53,844 nucleotides of DNA, from positions 1-53,844 of the forward strand of contig KZ538686.1 of NCBI GenBank assembly GCA_000934665.2. The letters run 5' to 3'. Below are positions 1-12,999 of the stretch, one piece after another. The stretch is from Catajapyx aquilonaris. Its lineage: Eukaryota. Under the pieces are notes generated by a model. That model made no database searches. It worked only from the letters and a program-made list of their open reading frames with translations, and was not told the DNA's origin. Both the position numbers and the translations under genes were made by a program. Positions within the stretch are counted from its first letter, which is position 1. Every line of letters starts with the position of its first letter.

Positions 1-673
1 TTTTAGTGTCTTGTTCAGGGGGTCAAAGAGTACCTCTGTACCAATTTCCAGCTTTACACGAATTTTTTTTGGGTCAAAACCTAAAATGACTGGGCTATAG
101 TCACTAGGCCACCATCCCCCCCTAATAGAATTCAGTTCACATCCATATTGATGGATATTTCATAGATTCCTCCACATGTCCTTGCCAATATGATCCAGAA
201 GCACATGCAACATCCCACCAGTATGAAAGTAGGCTGAATTGAGTTACATTTGGAAAGATGCAAAGTGCACAAGTCACTAAGGAACATTCACACAGCAACT
301 TCCCCCCCACCTCCCCCCCCAAACTCACTTTAACAGCTTTTACAAGCATTTTTCTTCACCTTTCTTTGACTTGCTGGATTTTAAAAAAGCTTGCGATTTT
401 TTCCATTCAGCATAGAAATAAAAAGCTTGATATTTCCAGCAACCGATAATAACTCAGCTCTGCTAGTGTTTCCCAACACTGCTGTTTCTTACAAGAAAAA
501 AAGTGGCTGCATGAATGAATATCCCATAAATGGCTTCATGTGTAAATGTGAAAGTTGGAAATGACCAATAAAGCATTTGTGCTAACACACTGTAGAAAGA
601 GACTTCTCTCTCTTATAATAACAAGAAATCAGCTGAAGAAGGAAAAACTTCCACAAATTAAAAAAAAAAACCT

Positions 674-772
674 ATAGCCGAGTGAGATTTTTTTAACTTT
701 CCGTCACTTTCCTCCCATAAGCGCAACATGAAAGGAAAGGGCCAGAAATTTTGTAAAGTTCTCACTCGGCTA
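674..772. mobile_element. Small hairpin MITE
   Basis: Terminal inverted repeat TAGCCGAGTGAGA...TCTCACTCGGCTA. Confidence 0.5.
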
Positions 773-1997
773 CAAATTTTGTTGAAATTTTGTGAATTTT
801 TACCAAGTATGATTAACAGCAGTCACAGCGATAAATCCTGAGATAGTGACAAATATACCTGTTTAGGTAGATCAAAAATGCACTTTTATCTTTGTTATTG
901 ATTTTTATTTAAGTTTTGCCAACTATTAAAAACAATAAAAAACGCACCGTTGTTTATCTAACGCGTCTGGTGCACCCGGCACTAAATCTTTAGCTGACGT
1001 GTCACAGTCATCTTGATTTGTAAGGAAGCTGTGGAGCCTATGAGTGATTATATAAACACGTACGTGACTAGGCGAGTGCCCAACCACTGGGCAAAATTGA
1101 AGCCAAATGACACATTCTTTTCCCAGGTGTTTGACCTCTTTTCCTGCTCTGCCCCTCCCTGTCACCCTTCGCTTGCTGGTCTGCTTACGTGCCCCCGAGG
1201 CGATTGAGTCTATTTTGGGAACCCCCTGCCCAACCTGGACCCCCCACCAACCACCTTCATGCAAAAGGAGCCATGTGTCCCGTGATGGGTCTTTGGATGA
1301 ACTGGTCTCTGATCGGCCACTGGCCAAGTGGGCAGGACCTTCCTCCAAGGAGTGGGGGCTGCCTCAATCGCTGTGGTGGAGGTGGTGGGGGACTCGATTC
1401 TCGTGACGTAGCCAAGATTTTCCCCATGTATCCCTCCCATGTAAATTGAGCTGCGGTGAAACGGTCGAGCCCGTCTGGGGAGTGCCAGTTCCGCGCAGAG
1501 GATGAGGAACCTAGCTATAATGCAAGGGATAGGGCACTCGGAGGCTCTCAGTTATTAGCTCTTGCTATCAACAATGAAATGCTACTGATATCAGTACCCT
1601 TCTCTGGTTGAATACATGTAGTTTGGACAACATCTGCAAATAAACAGTAAAATTTTTCACCTTTCTTTCGTGACATTATATTGGGTGGAACTACCACCCA
1701 GCTATATGAAAAGATCAGAAATAAAAGTAAATTGTAAAGGGAAGATTCCAGGCCAAATGGGTCAACCATTGTTTCCTTCTCGTTAGATTAAAAAAATTAA
1801 TATAACTCCTGACTTTTTTCATTTCAATGAATAATATCAAGTATTTCCTGAGACTTCACTAACAAGCTTCTACCTTTACACCTCAACCCCAGAAGGACAG
1901 AAACTGTCAAAAATTAATATCTGATAATACTTAATTTCTGTACCCCTCTGCAATTAAGCTTATGAGAGAATGTATGATGGGAATTTTTACTTAAGAA

Positions 1998-2287
1998 AAT
2001 AAGAATAATTATAATTCATACCCCGTTATCAGCCATCGGCTCTTTAGGGGGGAAGTTTGTTTTGCCTGGAACTCTGCTTTTTTTCATTTTACTGGGCTCT
2101 TTGGGATAGGATAGGGACGGAGGAAGCGGCTGTGGCCTATTAATTACGGAAGCAACTCCGGAATTTTTCTGGAAGGACCGTGGGAAACCACAGTAAACCA
2201 CGGTCAGAGTTGCTGGCCCCGGGATTTGATCCCAGGACCTCCCGATTAGCAGTCGGACACCATATCCCCTCCTCCAAACTGCTTCGA
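1998..2287 (-). mobile_element. tRNA-derived SINE (same family as 39226-39540)
   Basis: Clearly similar to the 39226-39540 copy (GGATAGGGACGGA, CCCAGGACCTCCCGATTAGCAGTCGGA); degenerate B box on the minus strand and an AT-rich tail. Confidence 0.7.
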
Positions 2288-4100
2288 TAATTTTTACTTA
2301 AGTGATATCTCACAGGTGAAATTTTCCATATCCAAGTTTCAGACTTCTACAAGCTTGTTAGATTAGTACACCCTCAGTGTAGTTGACCAAAGTTAAGTTT
2401 GCATTGCTTTCTGGGTTATTCTTCTCTTGGCATTTTACACCCAACTACAGGATGGGGGAGGGGGGAAAGCCCAACTTGCAACACATGTTTAGCAACATAT
2501 CAAACTATGCCAACACCACAGATACAGTTAAAGAGACAACAGTCACAGCACTCAATTTTTGCACTCATGGGAGAAAACCACAACATTGGTCCTTTAGATG
2601 GGTGCAAAATGTCAACACATTTAGTGATCCACAAAATTTTGAAATCTGGCCCCTCCTATCCCAAATGCAACCTTAAATATGGGATTTAAAAAAAAACAAA
2701 AAAAAAACACACACTTTATAATTCTTCGTCACTACTTAACTACCAAGATTGAATAATTTCTGCTACTTGTACTTGGCAAATATCTTTAACTGGTGACTCC
2801 AACTTTAGAACATGCTATTTGTCTCTGTTTCAGACACTACTGCATAGGTTTCAACAAGATTTTCTGAGACTGACTCTCATTGCCAAATCTAATGAGTGTG
2901 AATAGGCAAAGCTACAAACAGGAATGATTGTGTTATACATATGCTAAAACTATTTCAATGATTTTTGAAACCAAAAGTAGCAATTAATATCTGAAAACAT
3001 TTATTTTTCAATGTCTATTTCCCAAAATATTTAAGAATAACACCCTTTTTAACCGTAATAAGATGAGCATATCATATGCTGATATGGTGGTTTTAAAAAA
3101 TTCTGCTGGCAAAGCTATAGCGTTTTCCCACTATGTAACGTGGTTTCTGTGGCTTTTTAAATTTTCTCTTGCGTAAAAAATCACGAGGTTTGGACTACAA
3201 AATCGTGCATAAATAAACCGGATTAACCAGATTAACTTGAATGAAATCACCTTTTTGCGGCTGCTGAAAAAAAAACATTTAAAAAACATCCGACCTTGAC
3301 CGGCAAATTTTTGGCATACATAGTTGCCCCCAAACCTCCTCAAGAGATTCCACCCTAAAATTAGTGCAAAAGATAATTCAATAGCTTTAAAATAAATAAT
3401 GTTCGTAAATGCCAATTAGCGGCTGTCGGGCCACTGCGCAACTCCCAGCCGGTCTCCGTCAGGTGCCAAGGCTCCATACCGATATACTTTTTGTCAAGCA
3501 GGCAGAGTGACAAAAAATTGGAGTAGGTGCGAAACATACCCCCTGCGCCACCTCTTGTGCATTTAAGACTTTGCATCTCTGCAGCCCCCCCCCCCCCCNT
3601 CCTTTTGACATTATATCTATGGGGAGGAGCTTCAACTTCAAGATTATTTTTGATGGTTAATACCGGGTGTAGTACATGATATGTAAGAAATATTTTTCCC
3701 TCTATTTGGGAACCTTTTTGCCACCAATGCCCCCCCCCCCCCCCCCCCCCCAGAAAAAATCCTGGATCCGCCGATCCGCCACTGTTAGGACTAATGGGAG
3801 GTCAAGGAGGATTCGACTGTAGTTTGTCAGTTACATTCACATAAGCTTGTGTAACCTTGAACAACCAAAAAAAAAATCGCCTGTGGCGGGATGACTGTGT
3901 GTGTGTTCTTGTCTTCAATAAGGTGTGGGGACGGAAACAGGTGTGTAACTGTAACTCTGGGGACGTTGACCAAATTGTGGGGACATTTTAGGTCTCCACA
4001 GGGCAAAACTGCTTCACACACGCGAATATTACCGTTACAGTGGGGACATGTCCCCACTATTTCGTTTTGCACGGTTTCACAAAAGTCCATTTCTCTCAGC

Positions 4101-4236
4101 CTAGGTTAGTTAGGGTAGGGTAGGGTAGGGTAGGGTAGGGTAGGGTAGGGTAGGGTAGGGTAGGGTAGGTTAGGTTAGGGTAGGGTAGGGTGGGGTAGGG
4201 TGGGGAGGGGAGGGGTGGGGTGGGGTNGGGGGGGGG
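4101..4236 (+). repeat. (TAGGG)n / TTAGG G-rich microsatellite within a dispersed repeat also seen at ~52110-52270
   Basis: About 12 tandem TAGGG units decaying into TGGGG; the flank GTCCATTTCTCTCAGCCTAGGTTAGTTAGGGTA matches 52169-52202 in reverse orientation. Confidence 0.85.
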
Positions 4237-6165
4237 AGAGCAATCGGGTAACGGAAACACCCACCCCCCGAACAAAAATCCTGCATACGGCCTTGCATCT
4301 CTGTATGGTATGAGAGGAGGGTCACATAGATGGCCTCAGGATCAAGCCTGGACACTAGACGATCTCATTCACTAGTGTATTCAGGTCTCGTCCCCCAAGT
4401 GACAAAGCAAGCGAATTTCTTGCAGATCCTGGCAAAAACGCGAAAAACCACCCGTCTTATTAGGGTTAATACACAATCCAATTCCTTTTGGGATGTGTAG
4501 GACTACGAATGTATCCTTCAAATCTCCAAGTGACTATTTTTGGATCCAATGTTCATAAAATGGACTAATTCAGATGAATGTAAATAAGAGCAGGCAAAAA
4601 GAGCTTTAATAAATTGTAAAATTCTTTTGATGCAAAATGACAAAAATGTGACCTGCTAGCACACACAAAATTAGTATAAACAATATTGCATTTTTGAGGC
4701 ATTCCCTTCAAAATAATGTGTCAAAATAATCTGTATGTTAAAATATCACCAATTATCTTTTCTGGCATAGCTTTCCCCAGAGGGTCCACAACTAATGCTA
4801 CTTTGGCACAATTCTCCATATACAGAAAGAACAATTTTATTCCAACATCCCAAACTGTTAAAAAGCAATATTAGCTAATATATTCATGAAGGCTGAGAAA
4901 TTGAATACTTTTCTGTTAACCGCATGCCAGTAGTTGATTGTTTGCAATTATTGAATGTATCAGTTAGCAGTTATTTGGGAGCAATAGCCAAGTTATAAGC
5001 GAACAATCCCACTATTTAATCATGATAGTGCACATGAGGAGGAGAATGTGAATACTGAAAGAGAGTCATGAAGTTCCATATCATACTCAGTGCAATGTTC
5101 CCTTCTTCCCTAGGCAGCCTTGTGCTTTCATCACAGAGAAGCGACATCATTTCTTGCTCACAATTAAAATATGGCACAATAGTAAGAGTCACCTGCAAAT
5201 GCCAAGAACATTAGGGCTCACATTAGTTACTTTCTGAGGCATAAATGGCCATTTCTGGCCGTTCTCTCAGTTCTTATATCAATCATGCATGTATGCACCA
5301 CAAATATAGGTTTTGAGAGCAGGTGCAAGCTCAAAACCAGGGAGAGCACAACTTTAATCTTGCATTCCGCAAAAGTGTGCAAGGAAACTCATCCTTCACA
5401 CTCGAAAACAAATGCTTAATTCTTTGTCAGTTGTAACCCCTCAGCCATCACACTGCCTTGCCACACTTTCATATGTCACAGCAAAATAAGGTTCAACAAT
5501 TTTGACTCATTAAACAAAGAAAGCTGACAATTTTTCATTGATTTCCCTTCCAATTCCCCTGTATGAAACTGAAAGAAAACTTACCTGACATGGCAGATTC
5601 ACAAAGTGGTCATGTGTCAGTACAGTACCAAAATTAATGGAATTCTACAGTTCCTGCATGCCACATCACAAGACAGCTTTCCTAATCCCAGAGCAACCAG
5701 TGACCTGTAAATGAATGTAGATGTGTTATCCACTCATGGTTCACTTAAATTACAGATCAATGACTCTACATAGATAAATATTTGTTAATGCTGACTTCTT
5801 CGGTATGTCGACAGCAGCTTAAAAGCTAAGGGTAAAGAACCTTTTCGAAAGACAATAGCAGTCCAGTGCCGGAATGAAACAATGACCACACCAAGAATTC
5901 AGGAATGTTAGTGCAATGCATGCTGTTACGTCACAGGGCCTCTATTTGAGATATCAGATTTTCCTTGCCCATAAATGAAATCCTATTAGTCAGTAGTTGT
6001 CTTTCACTTTGGGCATGACTATTTTCAATGTATGGCTATGTCTCAACTTTATGTCAAAGCTAAACTAACTTGAAATATGACGCTTCCAACAACCATTCCC
6101 TCGGCAAGGGGAAATGTATGACGAAATATTTTAACATTATATTATATTTAACAAAGTGGGATGTA

Positions 6166-6984
6166 CAGTGGAGCATCGCTTATTATCTGAACACCAATCA
6201 ACCGAACCATCGGTTAACCGAATGTTTTTGGGTCAGCAAAAAAACGAGCCTTGGCTCTCAAGCAAAATAAATTGGCCTTTTTTCCCCCTAAACTGTAGGA
6301 CTACTTCATGTAAGGACAGTAAGGTATATGTACAGTATTTTAAAGACGTGCCTGTGACAGAAAATATTCAGCTTTGTGGTTAAGGGGGCATTTTTGAGGG
6401 AATTTTATATTTTGTGGCGAAACGGACCGTTAATCGGAAAACTCATGACGAAGGTGCCCTGCCCAAAGGTTTGGCCTTTACTATGGTACCATACTCGATA
6501 TGATTGCATTAAAATTGTGGACATACGGGCGCAGAAGCGTTCCCGACTTTGTCGCGTTCCTGCCGCCATATTATTCAAATGGGCTTCTCCCGAATGCCAT
6601 TTTCCTTTCACTTCAACTCGATGAAAAGGTCACTTCTAGGCCGAAAATGGTAAAATGACGACGAAGGTGCCCTGCGCCAGATCATGTCCTATTTTTTGGT
6701 GTAACTGTGTCCATTGCTCCATTTTTGCGGCCGTGCGGCCGCAGAAGCGTAGACATGTCGAATCCCCATATGCTGTCCATGCATAAGGGAGCTTCTTTAC
6801 GTGGTCGCCAAGGGCTCGCATTGTTACTGATTGTTACCGTATTTTTTTACTAATGCGCCCCCTTAATATCACTGTTTCTTAGTTTCATATTGCTCCTATG
6901 ACACCGGTACAATTTTTTCCTGTAAATGATCAGTTATCCGAACAATCAGTTATCCGAACTCTTCGGATAATCGATGGTCCACTG
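6166..6984. mobile_element. Tc1/mariner-type MITE carrying a nested TTAA-flanked (Kolobok-like) element at 6384-6862
   Basis: Outer TIRs CAGTGGAGCATCG...CGATGGTCCACTG; inner TTAA-GGGGGCATT...AATGCGCCCCC-TTAA. Confidence 0.6.
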
Positions 6985-7399
6985 AATTATAATTTATTGC
7001 TCTGTTTTGTACGTACAGATACACTTGGATTCCTTTTCTCTGTACTACACACAGTGTATTTGGGTTTGTTTCAGCATGGGGTAACAAACATATTCAACAA
7101 AGTTAGACTATAAATTATACTATGCAGTAGAATTAGGATCCCACATATCTCTGGGGACCATGTATATTTATATCCAAGGTAAGTGTAACGAACTAATGGG
7201 GCATATTACACAGGCCTGCGACATTAGGGTCATTGAAAACTTATTGAAAGGTTTTGACTGATTTTAATGTTGTTTGGTGTGCTGATTTCAAATATGACCT
7301 CCTTTTTTCTCCATCACCCACAGATTTTCCACAAAGTGGATTTGAAGACATGGGAAAGAGTCTATATTATGTATTCTGTTTAAGCCTTTTTCTTTATTA

Positions 7400-7720
7400 A
7401 ATTTATTAATTTGTTGTCCAAAAAGCATGGAAAGTACTTTAGATCACTGCATATCATCCATCCATGATCTTTGTAATACAATATGGTGAGATTGAAGGCT
7501 AATTTTGCGTAAATGTCCTCATCATAAATATGGTCTTCTTCGGAGTCTTTGTACATGTCTTCTACTTTCTCTGTAGGTGTAGGTACAGGTTTTCCTGTGC
7601 CAAAAGGAAAAGGCCATATTGCCAACGGGAGGTTCTGGTAGAAATGTCATCTTTATTATTTCAATTGAACCGGTATAAGCTACACAAACAAAAGTAGCAG
7701 TCATCATTACATTGCTTTCA
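7400..7720 (-). pseudogene. Degenerate DNA-transposase fragment (Chapaev3/CMC-like)
   Basis: Remnant peptides AIWPFPFGTGKPVPTP and YKDHGWMICSDLK..PCFL recall the AIRPVPH..PVP and W.ICGDLK..PCFLC motifs I associate with Chapaev3-type transposases; recognised from memory. Confidence 0.45.
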
Positions 7721-7920
7721 GGGTTCCCTCCTGTTCATGGGGACTCCAAAGGGGATATATTTTTTTTCTCACCTTCTGACCCCTTTCTGAGGTCTTCTAC
7801 ACAAGTGTGACAAGTTACGTGCAACCCATGGATTATCCTGGTCCCCACATTGTACTCCTAAATATGCATAACACACGTGCATCATAAAGTCTATTTTTTT
7901 TGGTATTTGTTCACTACTAA

Positions 7921-8974
7921 CACAGCGCAACAAAAAAAAAAATTCGGCGTGTTACTCGGAAACCACTATGTTGATCATGTTACCGGTAGTAGGACCCAAA
8001 GTAGCTGGGAAACGCCCGGGATTTCTCTCCCAAAATGTCCAGGGGGTCAGGGTGACCAAAAATCCGAAAAATTCAAAATATTGACATTTTTTGGCCTATT
8101 TCAAGGTCTGGCAACCACTGTAAGTTTCGGATTTTGTCTTTGCTGGCATTAGGTGTTAGCTGGGGCTAGTCTGAAGCCACTATGGTGTTTAAAGTCAATC
8201 TTTTATACAGGGTGGTCGGTAAATGGCGGACAAGCTTCAGGTAGCGAGATTCCTTGTGAAAAACCAGTATATGGAAGTGAAGGTCCTATTCCTCTACGAG
8301 GCCTGGTTAGGGCTCACGAGGTCTCCAAAGTTTGGACCAAATCATGACGTCACATCCGCCTGCAAAATTAAAACGATACCGTATCGCTACAGTACACGGT
8401 TTGTTGCCAAGCATTGCCATGTTGACATCCCCCACATTTTCACCAAACAATGGTTGTGTGGAAATGTGGGGGATGTCAACTTGGCAACCCCTGGCAACGC
8501 ACCGCGGATGGTAGCGATACGGTATTGTTTGAATTTCGCGGGCGGATGTGACGTCATGATTTGGCCCAAACTTTGGAGGCCTCGTGAGCCCTAACCAGGC
8601 CTCGTAGAGCAATATGACCTTCCCTTCCATATACTGGTTTTTCACAAGGAATCTCGCTACCTGAAGCTTGTCCGCCATTTACCGACCACCCTGTATAAAA
8701 GATTGACTTTAAACACCATAGTGACTTCAGACTAGCCCCAGGTAACACCTAATGCCAGCAAAAACAAAATCCGAAACTTACATTGGTTGCCAGACCTTGA
8801 AATAGGCCAAAAAATGTCAATATTTTGAATTTTTCGGATTTTTGGTCACCCTGACCCCCTGCACATTATGGGAGAGAAATCCCGGGCCTTTCCCAGCTAC
8901 TTTGGGTCCTACTAACATGATCTAGATAGTGATTTCCGAGTAACATGCCGAAAATATTTTTTTGTTGCGTTGTG
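7921..8974. mobile_element. ~1.05-kb foldback (fully palindromic) non-autonomous DNA transposon with CAC...GTG ends and TAA target duplication
   Basis: The arms are reverse complements along almost the whole length (mirror ORFs 8223-8594+ and 8307-8678-); TAA on both sides. Confidence 0.85.
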
Positions 8975-9104
8975 TAATTCCCCAGAAATGTAACAAATGG
9001 AATCATGTGATTCAATACAGCCCCTTGTAGCCATTTAGTTCACTTCACATAATAAAACCACATGTAAAACTCAATTACTAAGGAGAAAAACTCCTTGAGA
9101 TATG

Positions 9105-9978
9105 CAGTGGTGGGCACAGATCCATTAATCAGTTAACCATTAATAACGGAAGTTAAATTGTGGGTTAATTGATTAACGGTTTCGTTAACTTTTCAAACCG
9201 TTAATGGACCAATTAACTTCCACTAGCTGTAAGTTTAGTTCCGTTAAATGTAAGTCCGTTAACAAAATTCAATCCTGTTCCTGTCTCACTCGGCATAGCG
9301 AATCGGCTGAAGAGGACGACTTATTCAGCCGATTCACCAAGTCGAAGATCTCAAACAGGCACAGGTTGGTGAAGGCAGAGGCACAGAACCTTGTGAAGAT
9401 GTGTGTCGAGGCTGGATCGAAGGGGGTGTTAACAGATGACGCATTCTTGGGGCAGAAAGTTTTAATTGGCCTTTTTATCCAGTATAACACCACAATCCCA
9501 TCGAGTGCTGCTGTCGAGAGATTGTTCTCGATGGGAAAAGACATCCTCAAGCCCAAAAGAGCCACGCTCTCGGACACAACTTTTGAAAGATTGGTTTTTA
9601 TGAGGGGAAACCATCATCATTGGTTAATAAATGAATGATGGAGTCATGTATGCTAATGCTAACCAATAAACTTTTTTGGTGTTTGAATTATTTTGTTTAA
9701 TACTTTTTGTATGGAACAGGTAATAGCGTAACTGAATTAGGCGTATGTTGCAGCAGTGCTCTCGTTAACTTTAGCACTCTAGGTCTGTTTTTATTTTTTA
9801 AAGGGTCCTAGATAAAAAAGGTTAAATTCATAAAATAAAAGTTAACTTTAGTTGTTAACGTTAACTTCCATTAATTTTTCTAGCCCTTTAACGTTTTACA
9901 TTTAATGAAGTTAAATTTTTTAGTTACTTGATTAACGGTTAATGAAGTTAAATTTTCGGTTAACTGTGCCCACCACTG
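9105..9978 (+). mobile_element. hAT internal-deletion derivative retaining the C-terminal dimerisation domain (ORF 9204-9638)
   Basis: TIR CAGTGGTGGGCACAG, perfect 8-bp TSD GAGATATG, subterminal GTTAAC/TTAAC repeats, and ORF with YNTTIPSSAAVERLFS..RATLSDTTFERLVF. Confidence 0.92.
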
Positions 9979-10321
9979 GAGATATGACACCTCGAGAAAC
10001 ACTGAGTAAAGAGTACGGAGTGTGAAGAAGGGGGAAACAAAAAGGAATAAGTCATCACCAGAGCTCATTTTCTGACAAACTGGTTCATGAATTGTCCCCA
10101 TGATGGTACTAGAACCATTAGCTGTCACTGAATACCCATCAGATCCCTTCAAAGCTTAACACAGTGGATCTATGGCTATGGAAATTAAGATGTGAGTTTG
10201 TGGAAAATTGGTGGGTGATGGAACTTTTTAAATAATTTTCCTGAAAGCAAGACCCAAACATCTATCAGAATCGGCCATTGGTCTTCAATCAGTTTTTCCA
10301 TTACAGGCCTGTGTTATCAAC

Positions 10322-11073
10322 TAGTGCTTCAACATCTATCCGGATTCCCGGACTGTCCAGTATCCGGATATCCGAGCCTGTTTCGGATCCCTCTTCCCAG
10401 ATCCGCACTATCCAGATAGTGTCGGACGGTCCCGATAGTCCGAGTTTCGGATCCGGTCCGGATAGTCCGGGTTTCGGATCCGGTCCGAGACACTTGGTAC
10501 CCATCGGGATCCGAGGATCCGGATCGAACGTTTGTTGCGAGAAATGAGCATATTTTATTCGCATAATTAAAAACGCATTTATTGGAGGCAGGTAAAAACC
10601 TCCAGTCAAATGGTCCATCCCAAAGGCCTAGTGTATCTCAATCCTGGGTTTCTCTTTTTTTTTTTTCATGTGTGGGTTTAGGATTGTAGAGTTTATTTCT
10701 ATGAAATAAGTCAAATAAATTCGATTACGTCTAGGTAACACTCCACTTTCTTTCACCGGTACTATGGAAGCTATAATAGTCATCATTTCATAATGTATGT
10801 TGTGAATGTAATTGAAATTATTGACATTTCTTTAACTAAAGAAGAGACTGTTCATGTATGAACGCTTTTTATTACCCTACACCCACGATACGGAACCCAA
10901 GATCCGGATAGTTACAAAGTTTCGGATCTGAAACCCGAACTACCCAGACCGGATCCGAAACCCGGACTATCCGGACCGTCCGACACTATCCGGATAGTGC
11001 GGATCTGGGAAGAGGGTTCGGATTTAGGTTCGGATATCCGGATACCGGACAGTCCGGATATGTAGAAGCACTA
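10322..11073. mobile_element. hAT-type MITE with TCCGGA-rich subterminal repeats
   Basis: TIR TAGTGCTTC...GAAGCACTA, 8-bp TSD TTATCAAC, long imperfect inverted arms. Confidence 0.85.
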
Positions 11074-11749
11074 TTATCAACAATACTCTACTCACTGCAT
11101 GCTGGTACACTCGACTTTCAGTCATCTTTTATTGTGGTAGAGGTTAATCAGTTGTCATCAATGGAACAGAATCTTATTTCATGCAAATTGCAAAATTCAA
11201 TCGTAATAAATATTCCACTTCATGCATTGTACACCTCAGAATTTTTGCCTGAATGCACTCATTTACAACACTAAAAAGGTTGTAAATTTTTGTTGGCTAC
11301 TTTATGCTGCCCACAGCATGATTTCAACAAAATTCTCTATTGGTAGATATGGTATACCCAACTCTCTTTGCAAGCCTGTTTTGCTACTGGAGAAATTGAT
11401 AATCAACTTCCATTGTTTCTCTTTTGTTCTTGAGGCCGGCCTATTGTCTCCAAGAAGCAAGGCAATGGAAGTAGCTTAAGGTAATCAGACAAAGCCAAAC
11501 CATTTTCATTTCACCTCTTGGATGAAATTAGTATCATGTTGAGATCATTCACATATGCCTCTCAGAATAAATTTTAATAGAACTGTGAATCTATCAAATG
11601 TATGCGTATTACACAATTTATTTGTCAGTGCATACAACTTTAACACCAAGAGACTGACATACAGTACGTCAATTACAGCAGATGTGCATACAATAATGGC
11701 ATTTCCTGCACCTGAGGCACAAATGATGGAATTAGTTTATGAAGGATTA

Positions 11750-12030
11750 TTATTATTATTTATATCAGGTGACCTCATCAAAATTAATAATTAATTGGCT
11801 ACCCCCTGATCGGCTTGTGACCTCTTTGGGGATATGCTTGATTCAATTCATTCATAGTCAATGATGATGGATTATGACAATGGAAGGAAACAAGAGAATC
11901 CTGAGAAACCCCAGGGAAAGTGAGCCCATAAAAACTCTCTCCGCAAGAGTAATAGCTCCTACTGCCCCAATGTGGCACATCAGAGGTGGAAGGCTGCTGT
12001 AGTGTTAAACACTACACCATCATGCAGCCC
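11750..12030 (-). mobile_element. Degenerate tRNA-derived SINE (family of 17609-17876)
   Basis: Reverse complement reads GGTGTAGTGTTTAACACTACAGCAGCCTTCCACCTCTGA..., matching the head of the 17609 copy. Confidence 0.6.
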
Positions 12031-12999
12031 TATATTATCCTAGGTATACATGTACAACTTTACAAGTAAATTAAGGAAAATGTGAAAATCATATTAGCCC
12101 TCCAGTTAATCTAGCGTCATGACTAATTAAATCGCATCAAGTTCCTATTCTCTCAAATTCTTTCAATTCAATCATATTGCTCACTGTGACACAGGTGGGG
12201 ACAAAAGAATTCCATCCCCAATCCCCACAACTCTTTGCCCATGCTATTCTATTAATAGATCCATGTACTTGCAAGTGTAGCAGTATAATAAAAAATTGAC
12301 AGGCAAGATATATTGGCTTACTTGATGGCTACTTACACGATATTGGCTTCAAATAAAGCAATTCTGAGCAACAAAATAATTTCAACCCCGGTAACATGCA
12401 AGTATCAAAAAACGGTGCACATACACTCACACTCATGATCCCAAGGTGGCATCTACCACTGGTCAATCTGTGAAGTAGAGCACAATAATTACTTCACCAT
12501 CACTGACACCATAAACCCCCAACAAAAATGACAGCTGAATAAAAATAGAAGCAAGGCCATGAAAAATGAGTAGGATGCTGACACTATCAGATCATATATG
12601 ATGAATGTGAAATGACATTTTAAACCCCATCACATGCAATGATATCAGTCCTGATAACGAAGTTCATGACTGCTCATCTCGTGACATCTTTTGTAGACAA
12701 CCACCAGCAAAACCATAAATTTCACCAATATTTTGGCTTGATTACCTAAGCATATTAACCTGCGCATCGGATATGCAATCTGCACTATCCTCCCCCCTTC
12801 CCCAATCAGAACTGCACAAAAAAAATATTATGTCAGCACTGCAGCTAAAAAAAAAGAGGACAGCAAATATTTACAGATCTAGAAGTGACATTACCTAATT
12901 CCGTCTAATTCGAAGTGAAACTCGCACCACCACTAGTTAACACCAACACACTGACCAACATCTCGAACCGATAGCGAAAGATTTACAGCCCCAAACAAA

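Noticed and set aside
926..1550. GC-rich block with several overlapping ORFs
   Set aside because: No recognisable protein motif or splice structure; probably a transposon interior whose termini I could not define.
8153..8748. Mirror-image ORFs (MADKLQVARF...) on both strands, resembling a duplicated gene pair
   Set aside because: A by-product of the palindromic transposon; no recognisable domain or splice structure.
10278..10618. ORFs with GPD/SGP peptide repeats
   Set aside because: Translation of TCCGGA subterminal repeats of a hAT MITE.
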